From positions 32,001-96,000 of IMG/VR virus record IMGVR_UViG_3300033076_001354: DNA of 64,000 nucleotides. One strand, written 5' to 3'. Every line of letters starts with the position of its first letter. The first letter of the stretch is position 1. Positions 7,890 through 16,916 of the stretch are shown here, one piece after another. Source of the DNA: a virus (Duplodnaviria; Caudoviricetes). The position numbers were made by a program, and so were the translations under genes. Under the pieces are notes generated by a model. That model saw nothing but the letters and a program-made list of their open reading frames with translations, had not been told where the DNA came from and ran no database searches.

Positions 7890-8971
7890 AAGTACGCAAG
7901 ATTAAGAAGCCTAAGGTTACCAAGTCCGAGACTTATCTCGTCAACTTGAAGTATCTCGGCGAAGAACCCGACTCAACCAAGCTGTTTACGCAGGCGGATT
8001 GGGCTAAAGCGTTCAACTGGTACCACAGCATGTGTACCCGCGAAGATGCGCGTCAGTACCTCAAAGACTACTTCGCCGACAACAAGTCTATGCTGAAGAA
8101 GATCGCAAAGATCCCCGACTCCCACATGCCGTACACGGCCGCTTGGCAGTGCCGCATCTGGAAGCGAATGGGAAAGACGATCGATTATGGGTCGCTCGAG
8201 CGGGTTCAGCGTTGGATCGATGAGGCCTCGTCGTTCGCCCGCGAGGAGAAGCCGAAGGAAGACAAGCCCGAGCGACCGACGATCCAAGACCGCATGAAGG
8301 AGAAGATCTCCGAGCTCATCGGCGACATCGAGGTGCTGTACGACGCGGACATGCCTGTCGACCTGTACTCATATCTCCAGAAGAAGGAGATCCCCGCGAT
8401 GTACACCGGTCGAATCGTTGAGTACTACAAGCCGATCCTCGAGGAGATGCAGCTCGCCGCAGCCGGTGAGATCGAGGGCTATGAGTCGTACACCAAGAAG
8501 TGGCTTCGCGACCGAGTGGCCATGCTTGAGAAGATGATCGACGACGCGAAGCGCTACGGTGGCAACGTCAAGAAAGCCCGCGCGCCTCGCAAGAAGAAAG
8601 CACCCACCGCTGAGAAGCTCCTGAAGCACTTCGTCTATCAGAAAGAAAGCAATGAGTATAAACTACAATCGTGTGACCCCGCAAAGATTATCGGCGCTCA
8701 AGAACTGTGGACCTTTAACACTAAGTATAAAACTCTTAGCGTGTTTAGGGCTCGCGGCCCTGCTGGTCTCAGTGTACGGCGCACTACTATTGATGGCTTT
8801 GATAGCGATTCTTCCGTGACGAAGACCCTGCGTAAGCCCGACGAGGTATTGAAGAAGGTGCTTACCGGCGGCAAGCTGGTGCTCCGCAAGCTGATGGATG
8901 ACCTCAAGACCAAGCCCATGAAGCTGGCCGAGCGCATCAACGAGAACGTGATCCTCGTCAAGGTTTCATAA
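7871..8971 (+). CDS. Hypothetical protein (366 aa, basic)
   Basis: Long ORF with strong phage-like codon bias; function not recognised. Confidence 0.8.
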   Translation: MAKSLLKVRKIKKPKVTKSETYLVNLKYLGEEPDSTKLFTQADWAKAFNWYHSMCTREDARQYLKDYFADNKSMLKKIAKIPDSHMPYTAAWQCRIWKRMGKTIDYGSLERVQRWIDEASSFAREEKPKEDKPERPTIQDRMKEKISELIGDIEVLYDADMPVDLYSYLQKKEIPAMYTGRIVEYYKPILEEMQLAAAGEIEGYESYTKKWLRDRVAMLEKMIDDAKRYGGNVKKARAPRKKKAPTAEKLLKHFVYQKESNEYKLQSCDPAKIIGAQELWTFNTKYKTLSVFRARGPAGLSVRRTTIDGFDSDSSVTKTLRKPDEVLKKVLTGGKLVLRKLMDDLKTKPMKLAERINENVILVKVS

Positions 8972-9523
8972 TCACCTGAACGAAACTACTTCATTGAGAG
9001 GACCAAGATTTAAGTCTCTTGGAAAATCTGACACTAACTGACCCGCAACCAGAATCTTTTTCTGGTTGTGTTGTCTTATCTTCTCGTCCCACCATTCTTG
9101 AGTCTTCAAACACACGTGCATCGGGCTTCCATCGCTGAAGTTCTTTTTATCCACTTCACCGTCGATGACCATATAGACAAACTTCTCAGCCCTAGAGAAT
9201 ATCTCTTCTAAGACTCGATCAACTTCTTCTTCAGGCACATGTTCCATAACGTATATGCAGACGACGCCGTCGTACTTTTTATCAGGCAAGACTGAATATT
9301 CTTTGACGCCGGGATCATACAAATCTACTTCTACGCCCCAGTATATGTCGTAGCGATCTTTTTTGTATTGACGGGCCTTGCCGCACCCATAGTCTAAAAC
9401 CGTATCACTTTCAGTAAGACTTATAAGATTCGCTATCCTGTCTTTATGTTCATACGTACAAGTTCCGGTGAAGATGTCCGGATTATCCCTGTGAAGATCT
9501 ATGTATTCTTGCCTGTACTTCAT
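8972..9523 (-). CDS. Class I SAM-dependent methyltransferase
   Basis: VLDYGCGKA, LYDPG and YDGVVCIYVMEHVP. Confidence 0.85.
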   Translation of the reverse strand: MKYRQEYIDLHRDNPDIFTGTCTYEHKDRIANLISLTESDTVLDYGCGKARQYKKDRYDIYWGVEVDLYDPGVKEYSVLPDKKYDGVVCIYVMEHVPEEEVDRVLEEIFSRAEKFVYMVIDGEVDKKNFSDGSPMHVCLKTQEWWDEKIRQHNQKKILVAGQLVSDFPRDLNLGPLNEVVSFR

Positions 9524-9533
9524 TTCTGCCTCT

Positions 9534-9541
9534 TATAAATA
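9534..9541 (+). promoter_or_regulatory. T4-type late promoter
   Basis: TATAAATA upstream of ORF 9568. Confidence 0.6.
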
Positions 9542-9567
9542 TATTTAAGCGGCAGTGAGAAAGCGCT

Positions 9568-9912
9568 ATGACAAACATCATCCAATTCCCAAAGAACAAT
9601 ACGAATCCACACGGCCTCGAGCTGAACTCCCCCGATCTTCTAGTCGAAGTGAGGAAGGACTTCTGTGACGAAGTCGTGTCAGACGCGTTGGACGCGATAG
9701 TGGCGGTGTTCGCCAGCTACGGCATAGTCTCCCGTGGAGACGTCGCCTCGATAAAAGACATTGTGTTTCTAGAAGAATCCTTGAAAGCTTTGACCTATCG
9801 TCATAAGAACTTAGAACATAGCCTTCATGAGATAATCGATCACACGATCACGATCTCGCCAGAACTAGAGAAGCAGATCGAAGAGAAGTACACACAAAAA
9901 GATTTGACATAA
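9568..9912 (+). CDS. Hypothetical protein
   Basis: N-terminal NIIQFPK motif; lies upstream of rnh. Confidence 0.75.
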   Translation: MTNIIQFPKNNTNPHGLELNSPDLLVEVRKDFCDEVVSDALDAIVAVFASYGIVSRGDVASIKDIVFLEESLKALTYRHKNLEHSLHEIIDHTITISPELEKQIEEKYTQKDLT

Positions 9913-9932
9913 TCAGTTTACCGTTATATAAT
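9904..9932 (+). promoter_or_regulatory. Perfect consensus sigma70 promoter
   Basis: TTGACA-N17-TATAAT upstream of rnh. Confidence 0.85.
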
Positions 9933-9966
9933 CTATATAGTATAGATTGAATGGAAACCCAACATC

Positions 9967-10812
9967 ATGATTATCGTAGACTTTCATCAGGTCATGATTG
10001 CCAACCTGATGACACAGCTCGGCAACCACACAAACACCCCGATCGAAGAGGGCCTGTTTCGACACATGGTCCTCAACTCCCTTCGCTCATTTCGCCAGAA
10101 GTTCAAAGACTACGGCGAGATGGTGATCGCCTGCGACGACAAGAACTTCTGGCGCAAGCAGGTGTTTCCCTACTACAAGGCGAATCGCAAGAAAGCGCGC
10201 GACAAGTCTGAGATTGATTGGAACACGATCTTTGAGTACTTCGGTAAGATCAAGACTGAGATCCGTGAGAACTTTCCCTACCGTATGATACAGGTCGACA
10301 CAGCCGAGGCCGACGACATCATCGCGACTCTCGTCTATCGTTTTCAAGCCGAGGAGCAGATCCTCATCCTTTCGGGCGACAAAGACTTCGTTCAGCTTCA
10401 CATGCTGGCGAACGTCAAGCAGTACGATCCAGTTCGCAAGAAGTTCATCACGCACAACGACCCGTTTAAGTTTCGCTTTGAGCACATCATGAAGGGCGAC
10501 GCCGGCGACGGAGTTCCCAACGTGCTTTCAGACGACGACACCTTCGTCACCGACAAGCGTCAGAAGCCTATGACTCAGAAGCGAATCGACGAGGCGTTCA
10601 ACTCCGGAATGGGAGCGATGGTCGACCCATCGATCGAGCGCAACTTCCTTCGCAACAAGCAGCTCATCGACTTGAACTGTATCCCTGATCACATCACGAA
10701 GGAGATACTAAATAAATATGAACAGGAATCCGGCAAAGACAGAAGCAAACTGTTCAACTACTTCATATCATACAAGCTTAAAGGCATGATGGATTCTATC
10801 GGAGATTTTTAA
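9967..10812 (+). CDS. rnh: T4-type RNase H / 5'-3' exonuclease
   Basis: IIVDF, WRKQVFPYYKANR, EADDIIA, SGDKDFVQL and GDAGDGVPN. Confidence 0.95.
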   Translation: MIIVDFHQVMIANLMTQLGNHTNTPIEEGLFRHMVLNSLRSFRQKFKDYGEMVIACDDKNFWRKQVFPYYKANRKKARDKSEIDWNTIFEYFGKIKTEIRENFPYRMIQVDTAEADDIIATLVYRFQAEEQILILSGDKDFVQLHMLANVKQYDPVRKKFITHNDPFKFRFEHIMKGDAGDGVPNVLSDDDTFVTDKRQKPMTQKRIDEAFNSGMGAMVDPSIERNFLRNKQLIDLNCIPDHITKEILNKYEQESGKDRSKLFNYFISYKLKGMMDSIGDF

Positions 10813-10813
10813 T

Positions 10814-11230
10814 ATGGCTAGGTTCAGTGTATCTGAGATTCTAAAGAAGTGCAGTGAGTTCAAAAAGAAAGAGGAGCGAGTCGAAGCTCTTCGAGTAAAC
10901 TGCAACGAGGCGTGTAAGATCGTCCTTCAGTATATGTTTCACCCTGACGTAAAGTTCGCGCTGCCCGAGGGTAAACCTCCCTTCAGGTACTCACAGTTCG
11001 ACGAACAGAACATGCTTCACAGCGAAGCGCGTCGACTCTACCTCTTCCTCGAGGGAACCAATCCCGACATGAAGCCGCTTAAGAGGGAGACGCTCTTCCT
11101 CGAGATCCTTCAGTCGGTGACGCCCGACGACGCCGATCTTCTGGTCGCGATGAAGGATAAGAAGAGTCCGTACAAGGGACTCACGCAGGACGTAGTCGTG
11201 GCTGCGTTTCCGGAGCTTTTTCCCAAATGA
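10814..11230 (+). CDS. Conserved T4-like hypothetical protein
   Basis: FALPEGKPPF and KRETLFLEIL; usual neighbour of rnh. Confidence 0.8.
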   Translation: MARFSVSEILKKCSEFKKKEERVEALRVNCNEACKIVLQYMFHPDVKFALPEGKPPFRYSQFDEQNMLHSEARRLYLFLEGTNPDMKPLKRETLFLEILQSVTPDDADLLVAMKDKKSPYKGLTQDVVVAAFPELFPK

Positions 11231-11415
11231 ATCGCTATGGTAACCTTAAAAAGTTATCTACTAAGGGTAAAAAGAAAGACCCTCGCCTTTACGAAGAGGC
11301 CCCAGTCTCCTTCAAAGAAGTAAAGCGCGAACAGTACGAGAGATACTATAGGAACTACGACAACGCGCTCAGGTCGAAGAACCTAGATCGCCTCCTGTCA
11401 TACGACGAGGAATAA
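11227..11415 (+). CDS. Hypothetical protein
   Basis: ATGA overlap; operon packing. Confidence 0.65.
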   Translation: MNRYGNLKKLSTKGKKKDPRLYEEAPVSFKEVKREQYERYYRNYDNALRSKNLDRLLSYDEE

Positions 11416-11604
11416 ATGGAAAACTTCTACTTCGCCGCGGGATACACCCTCCTTCTTATGATCGTCGCGGCGTACTACTACTTTCACGGAAAGAAGGTAG
11501 GTATCGAGGAAGCCTGCTCAGTCTTCAAGGAGAAGGAGCCCAAGGCCTTCGCAAACATGAAAGCCAAACTACTGGAAGATCTAAATGTCAGAGCAGAAGA
11601 ATAA
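11416..11604 (+). CDS. Small protein with N-terminal TM helix
   Basis: GAGG RBS; hydrophobic N-terminus. Confidence 0.7.
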   Translation: MENFYFAAGYTLLLMIVAAYYYFHGKKVGIEEACSVFKEKEPKAFANMKAKLLEDLNVRAEE

Positions 11605-11770
11605 ATCGGTCGCGAGCTTCATCGATGAAGCCTACCGACTCGATCCACAGAAAGAAAATAAAATTATTTTGCCTGAGTATGTGGTCAAAGATATGGTCGC
11701 TCAGGGTTTGAATCCGTTAAATAAAGACGACATCCAAACTTACTGGATGTCCAAAGGCATAAGCGAATAA
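11585..11770 (+). CDS. Hypothetical protein
   Basis: Operon packing. Confidence 0.6.
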   Translation: MSEQKNKSVASFIDEAYRLDPQKENKIILPEYVVKDMVAQGLNPLNKDDIQTYWMSKGISE

Positions 11771-11778
11771 GTGTACTG

Positions 11779-12018
11779 ATGGCAAACTATACATTCTTAG
11801 ACACAAGAAATAATAAAGAATTCGATATTGATATGCCTATATCTGAGCTTGACACGTATAAAGCTCAAAATCCCCATCTAGAACAAATGATCAAAAGAGC
11901 GCCGGCACTCGCCGACCCATCCCGATTAGGCATTAGAAAGCCTGATGGGGGTTTTCGTGATGTTCTAAAGAGGATCAAAAAGGCTAGTGGGAGGAGTAAC
12001 AAGATCAATACGTGGTGA
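11779..12018 (+). CDS. FmdB-like small protein (lacks Cys)
   Basis: MANYTF...NPHLEQ...KPDGGFRDVLKRIK; typical position before phoH. Confidence 0.7.
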   Translation: MANYTFLDTRNNKEFDIDMPISELDTYKAQNPHLEQMIKRAPALADPSRLGIRKPDGGFRDVLKRIKKASGRSNKINTW

Positions 12019-12042
12019 CAACACCACCGAACAGGGGCCCAC

Positions 12043-12831
12043 ATGGAAAAGCTAACTCGCGCTGAAAAAAGATTACAAAAAGCACAGAGGCGACAGGAGC
12101 AGCAAGAAAAGAAGAACAACCTCCAACTAAAAGACATAACCCCAAAGACTAAGAATCAAGACGTATTCTTTAGAGAGTTCTACAACGGAAAGAACCTATT
12201 GGTTCACGGGCTTCCCGGAACCGGAAAATCATTCCTCTCGATGTACTTGGCTCTGAATGAGCTCGAGAGATACAAAGACTATAAGAAGATAGTCGTCATC
12301 AGGTCCGTCGTCCCATCGCGCGACATGGGATTCCTTCCCGGATCGATCAAAGAAAAATCAGCAGTGTACGAAGCGCCCTACGCAGGGATATGCCAAGAGC
12401 TATATGGACGAGGCGACGCGTACGAGGTGCTCAAAGCCAAGGGCGTGATTGAGTTCACCACATCTTCGTTCCTTCGCGGAACAACAATCGACAACTCCAT
12501 AGTCATAGTCGACGAGTGTCAGAACATGACCTACCACGAGCTCTGCACCGTAGTGACGCGCTTGGGTAAACACTCAAAGGTTCTCTTCTGCGGAGACTAT
12601 AGGCAGACCGACCTCAAGTACGACGATGAGAGGGAGGGAATCATACACTTTATGAAGATCATCTCGAGCATGAAGAGATACTTCTCAACCATTGAAATGG
12701 AAGCAGATGACATCGTCAGGTCCGGGCTCGTTAAAGAGTTCATCATTCGAAGAGATGCGTACGAGAACCCAAGGGTCGTTGTCGTTCCATCCTCTTACGC
12801 GGATTCTCGAGAACCGAAAGTCGTTCACTAA
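12043..12831 (+). CDS. phoH: PhoH-family ATPase
   Basis: GLPGTGKS, GFLPGS, FLRGTT, IVDECQN, GDYRQTD and DIVRSGLV. Confidence 0.95.
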   Translation: MEKLTRAEKRLQKAQRRQEQQEKKNNLQLKDITPKTKNQDVFFREFYNGKNLLVHGLPGTGKSFLSMYLALNELERYKDYKKIVVIRSVVPSRDMGFLPGSIKEKSAVYEAPYAGICQELYGRGDAYEVLKAKGVIEFTTSSFLRGTTIDNSIVIVDECQNMTYHELCTVVTRLGKHSKVLFCGDYRQTDLKYDDEREGIIHFMKIISSMKRYFSTIEMEADDIVRSGLVKEFIIRRDAYENPRVVVVPSSYADSREPKVVH

Positions 12832-13489
12832 GACGTCTCTCGAGCTCCTCGCCGTCGAGCTCGAGCAAGTCAACACCGAGGCCGGCAGGTTCTATAAGAC
12901 ACCCGCCGGTCTCCTCTACCCATCGGTCACGACCGTAACCGGACTCCTCGGCCGCGCGAGCATCCAAGCGTGGCGCAAGAAGGTGGGCGAGGATAAAGCG
13001 AACGAGATCTCACAGCAGGCCGCGAACCGTGGGACGCGAATCCATCAGCTCGCTGAAGACTACATCAACGGCGACGAGATCGACGTCAGCAAGTATACGC
13101 ACTACGACGCCGAGATGTTTGAGGACCTCAAGCAAGTTCTAGATGAGTCCGTCAACAACATCTTCATGCAAGAAACGAGGATGTACTCGGACTACGTCCG
13201 CATGGCGGGCACCGTCGACATGGTCGCGGAGTTCGAAGGCAAGCGCTGCGTAGTCGACTTCAAGACTTCAAGAAAGCTGAAGCGTTCCGAGGACATCCTC
13301 AACTACTACTGCCAAGCAACTGCGTACGCGATCATGTTCGAGGAGATGACGGGTGTTCCGGTCTCTAGGTTCGCCATCATCATAGCGGTCGACGGCGAGG
13401 GAATCCAGATCTTTCGCGGAAAGAGGGACGACTACGTAGACACCCTGATGATGCTTAGAAAACAGTACGACGACGAAAATGGCTATTGA
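12755..13489 (+). CDS. PD-(D/E)XK exonuclease (start uncertain)
   Basis: YPSVTTV, RGTRIH, AGTVD, VVDFKTS and QATAYA. Confidence 0.88.
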   Translation: MRTRTQGSLSFHPLTRILENRKSFTKTSLELLAVELEQVNTEAGRFYKTPAGLLYPSVTTVTGLLGRASIQAWRKKVGEDKANEISQQAANRGTRIHQLAEDYINGDEIDVSKYTHYDAEMFEDLKQVLDESVNNIFMQETRMYSDYVRMAGTVDMVAEFEGKRCVVDFKTSRKLKRSEDILNYYCQATAYAIMFEEMTGVPVSRFAIIIAVDGEGIQIFRGKRDDYVDTLMMLRKQYDDENGY

Positions 13490-13516
13490 CAAATTATTCT
13501 ACATGTGGTATAAATA
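13486..13516 (+). promoter_or_regulatory. Composite promoter: sigma70 -35/-10 overlapping a T4 late TATAAATA
   Basis: TTGACA 13486-13491, 17 bp spacer, TATAAATA 13509-13516. Confidence 0.8.
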
Positions 13517-13520
13517 ATAA

Positions 13521-13826
13521 TGCTGATGTCGTTGACGGAAGTAGAATAGACATTCTGGACGCGGGGGCAGTACCCGCCGCCTCCACCAAAATTAAAGCGC
13601 GCTGCGCGTCTAAAGCTAAAGTTAAAGCATACTTTAATTTTTATAAAAGACGCTTAAATTAAAGTATGCTTTAATTTTGATGGGGGCGAAACAGGATCGA
13701 CAGGTGTGGTAAAGACTGGCCTGAGACTGAAGCGACAAAACTAAATGCAAACGATAACTTTGCACCTAGCTTAGCACTCGCTGCCTAAGCATGAGCCCGA
13801 GGGGAGCTTGGAAACAGAATCCCCTC
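13521..13826 (+). ncRNA. ssrA: Circularly permuted (two-piece) tmRNA, alphaproteobacterial type
   Basis: Acceptor piece ends GCGGG-GGCAGTA-CCCGC-CGCCTCCACCA at 13588. Coding piece starts GGGGGCG at 13682 and gives the G3:U70 pair. Tag ANDNFAPSLALAA* at 13747-13788. 3' hairpin with CTTGGAAACAGAA. Outer ends approximate. Confidence 0.95.
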
Positions 13827-13845
13827 ACTTTCTTTTTGGAATCAC

Positions 13846-15168
13846 ATGAAAACATTCTGCCCACTACCTTGGAACGGTGTATCCGTACGGAACAACGGCG
13901 ACCTGCGAGTCTGCTGCAACGCGAATTCATATACTAAGAACCAAGGCATCCTTCGCAAGAAGGACGGCAAACCCTACAACGTAGGACGCGACGACATAGG
14001 TGAGTCGCGCAACTCAGACGTTCTCAAGGACATCCGCGTCTCGATGCTGCACGGAGAGTGGCACGAGGAGTGCACGAGGTGTAGGCTCGAGGAAGAAGCC
14101 GGCATCAAGTCGCGCCGCGAGTATGAGAACGAGATCTGGCCGGACGTCAAGCACGAGGTTCTCAATAAGACCGACGACGACGGGACGATCGACACCGACG
14201 ACATCAACCTCGACTACTTCGACCTTCGCTACGGAAACTTCTGCAACCTCAAGTGCAGGATGTGCGGACCAACCGACTCACACATGTGGTACGGCGATCA
14301 CGTAGCGACGACTGGATACACGGGATTCACAGACTCACACGGCCGCGTTCAACTCACAAAGAACGCAAAGGGCAAGTGGTCGACCAACGACTACGACTGG
14401 TTTCAGGGATCCAACTTCTACTGGGATCAGTTTGAGAAGCACACGAAGAACGCCACGAAGTTCTACATCGTGGGCGGTGAGCCGCTCATCATCGAGGAGC
14501 ACATTCAGTCTCTCGAGCGGCTCATAGCCTCAGGCAGGGCGCATGAGGTTGAGATAGAGTACAACACAAACCTAACGAACGTCACCGACAGGATCATCGA
14601 GCTTTGGAAGCACTTCAAGGAGATTCGAGTCGGCGCGTCGATCGACGGCTTCGGTGAAGTGTTTGAGTACCAAAGGTTCCCAGCCAATTGGGACCAAGTA
14701 TATAAGAATATGCAGAAGCTCGATTCGACGCCGGGACTCAATGTTGTAGCTTGGTTCGCGTACACCGTGACGCCTTTCAACATACTTCACCTTCCTGAGT
14801 TCATGAAGTGGAAGCTGACCGACTCTGGACTGAAGAGCTTCAACTCAATAAAGCAGGCTCGCAAGATCGTCAGCCACCACATGTGTCACAGACCTAAGCA
14901 CTACAACGTCAAGTGTCTGCCCGACGACTTCAAGCGCGTAGTCGATAAGAAGTTCGCTGAGTACAAAGACTGGGCTATTCGCAACCAACCCGAGTTTATA
15001 TCCGCACAGTTCATCAAGCTCCTCGACGGGGTTTCGAGCTTCATGAACGCCGAGAGCTACTACGACGAGCACTTCGACAAGTTCGTCGGTCTTACTAAGA
15101 AGCTTGATGAGCTGCGCGGTCAAAGCATTCTAGACGTCGTCCCAGAGTTCGAGGAGTATTTCAAGTGA
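13846..15168 (+). CDS. Radical SAM protein with N-terminal twitch/SPASM-like domain
   Basis: FCPLPW...VCC, CTRC, CNLKCRMC, GGEP, YNTN and SIDG. Confidence 0.9.
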   Translation: MKTFCPLPWNGVSVRNNGDLRVCCNANSYTKNQGILRKKDGKPYNVGRDDIGESRNSDVLKDIRVSMLHGEWHEECTRCRLEEEAGIKSRREYENEIWPDVKHEVLNKTDDDGTIDTDDINLDYFDLRYGNFCNLKCRMCGPTDSHMWYGDHVATTGYTGFTDSHGRVQLTKNAKGKWSTNDYDWFQGSNFYWDQFEKHTKNATKFYIVGGEPLIIEEHIQSLERLIASGRAHEVEIEYNTNLTNVTDRIIELWKHFKEIRVGASIDGFGEVFEYQRFPANWDQVYKNMQKLDSTPGLNVVAWFAYTVTPFNILHLPEFMKWKLTDSGLKSFNSIKQARKIVSHHMCHRPKHYNVKCLPDDFKRVVDKKFAEYKDWAIRNQPEFISAQFIKLLDGVSSFMNAESYYDEHFDKFVGLTKKLDELRGQSILDVVPEFEEYFK

Positions 15169-15401
15169 AGATCAATAAACTCAAAGTTCCGATCGAGATG
15201 ATTCAGGAGATCGAAGCTCTCGTCAAGAAGAGAAACCTTGAGTACATCGACGCGGTGATCTACTACTGCGAGAAGAACGACCTCGAGGTTGAGACTATGG
15301 CGGAGATCATCAAGCAGAACTCCGCGATCAAGTCAAAGATCCAGTTCGAGGCAGAGAACTTAAAGATGGTAAAGAGGACGTCGGCCCGCCTTCCAATATG
15401 A
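15165..15401 (+). CDS. 33: Late transcription coactivator gp33
   Basis: IEALVK...YIDAVIYYCEKNDLEVE...KSKIQFEAENL; position before gp59. Confidence 0.9.
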   Translation: MKINKLKVPIEMIQEIEALVKKRNLEYIDAVIYYCEKNDLEVETMAEIIKQNSAIKSKIQFEAENLKMVKRTSARLPI

Positions 15402-16003
15402 CACAGTTTGAAGCTTTTCAACTATACAATGCACTCCACCTGCACTTCACGCAGGACAGCTACGACTACCACAAGTACCGCGGCAAGACTCGAGTGACCG
15501 AGCACTCGCTTGATGTTCGACCCGATAAGTACATGTTCTATAAGCTGTCGAAGCACGAGGATCCCCTGATCTACCTCGTGTCAAACTTCTCTGAGAACTC
15601 TAAGTTCTACTCTCGCGATATGTTCAGCGTCGCGTCCGACCTCAACTACAATGAGTTCTTGAGGCGACAACAATCCTTGACATATCAGTTCGAGTGTGAT
15701 ATAGATAATCTATTGGAAGACTTCGACAAGAACTTCGAGGTGCCGGCTGGAGACTATCCCCACCTTCTCAAGCTGCTTACCCGCAAGAAGATCACCAAAG
15801 AAACTTTCATCATCATCCAAGACTGCGTACGCTTCTTCGGTGCATGGAACAAACGGATCACCGACCCGGTGCTCTGGCCTAAGATCGCGATGAATTGCAA
15901 GAAGCTTTACCCCTTCTTGAGTTATGATCTCGATAAATACCGTGGGATCTTGAAGAACAAGTTCTCACACACATCGTATACACCGCAACACAACGGAGAA
16001 TAA
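15398..16003 (+). CDS. 59: Helicase loader gp59
   Basis: LHFTQDSYDYHKYRGK; synteny 33-59-32. Confidence 0.9.
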   Translation: MTQFEAFQLYNALHLHFTQDSYDYHKYRGKTRVTEHSLDVRPDKYMFYKLSKHEDPLIYLVSNFSENSKFYSRDMFSVASDLNYNEFLRRQQSLTYQFECDIDNLLEDFDKNFEVPAGDYPHLLKLLTRKKITKETFIIIQDCVRFFGAWNKRITDPVLWPKIAMNCKKLYPFLSYDLDKYRGILKNKFSHTSYTPQHNGE

Positions 16004-16004
16004 A

Positions 16005-16916
16005 ATGGCAACATCATTCGACTCACTCAAACAGAATCGTAAGTCTGCATTCGATAAACTTACGAGCGAGCTCAACAAGCTCAGCACCAACCAGCAAGAC
16101 TCCTCAGACGACAGCTATTGGAAGCCCGAGGTCGACAAGGCCGGCAACGGCTACGCGGTCATCCGCTTCCTCCCGCCCCCGCAGGGCGAGGACGTTCCAT
16201 TCGTTCGCATCTGGGATCATGGCTTCCAAGGCGACGGTGGTTGGTACATTGAGAAGTCGCTGACGACTATCGGCAAGCCCGATCCCGTCGGTGAGCTCAA
16301 CAGCAAGCTTTGGAATTCTGGCGTCGAAGCCGACAAAGAAATCGCGCGCAAGCAGAAGCGCCGCCTCGCTTATCACTCGAACATCTACGTCGTCAAGGAT
16401 TCTGCGAATCCCGCGAACGAGGGCAAGGTGTTCCTGTATAAGTACGGCAAGAAGATCTTCGACAAGATCAACGAAGCCATGCACCCACAGTTCGAGGGTG
16501 AAGTGGCGATCAACCCGTTCGATCTTTGGGAAGGTGCGAACTTCAAGCTGAAGATTCGCAACGTCGAGGGCTATCGCAACTACGATAAGTCCGAGTTCGA
16601 CGATCCGGCACCGCTGCTGAACGACGACGATAAGCTTGAAGCGATTTGGAAGTCTGAGCACTCGCTTAGCGAACTCATCGATCCTAAGAACTTCAAGTCT
16701 TACGATGAGCTCAAAGCGCGCTTGTCTCGTGCACTCGGTGTCGGTGTTGAAGCTGCACGCGCAGCGGCACCCCGCATCGATGAAGACGAAGCCTTCCCAG
16801 TCCCGCAGAAAGCGGCGGCTGCACCTAAGGTTGAGTCCGCCGCTCCTTCATGGAACAACTCCATGGATGACGACGACGATGACTTGAGCTTCTTTAAGAA
16901 GATGGCGAACGACTAA
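16005..16916 (+). CDS. 32: ssDNA-binding protein gp32
   Basis: DKAGNGYAVIRFLP, YKYGKKIFDKI, NYDKSEF and an acidic tail. Confidence 0.97.
   Translation: MATSFDSLKQNRKSAFDKLTSELNKLSTNQQDSSDDSYWKPEVDKAGNGYAVIRFLPPPQGEDVPFVRIWDHGFQGDGGWYIEKSLTTIGKPDPVGELNSKLWNSGVEADKEIARKQKRRLAYHSNIYVVKDSANPANEGKVFLYKYGKKIFDKINEAMHPQFEGEVAINPFDLWEGANFKLKIRNVEGYRNYDKSEFDDPAPLLNDDDKLEAIWKSEHSLSELIDPKNFKSYDELKARLSRALGVGVEAARAAAPRIDEDEAFPVPQKAAAAPKVESAAPSWNNSMDDDDDDLSFFKKMAND

Noticed and set aside
12755-13489. Cas4 as evidence of a CRISPR system
   Set aside because: Lacks the Fe-S cysteines; it is the ordinary PD-(D/E)XK exonuclease found next to phoH in T4-like phages.
13561-13588. Stand-alone tRNA gene
   Set aside because: Only a T-arm and acceptor 3' strand are present; the partner strand lies downstream, which identifies a permuted tmRNA.
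13622-13674. CtrA boxes in the tmRNA spacer
   Set aside because: Spacing is TTAA-N8-TTAA, not the TTAA-N7-TTAA consensus.
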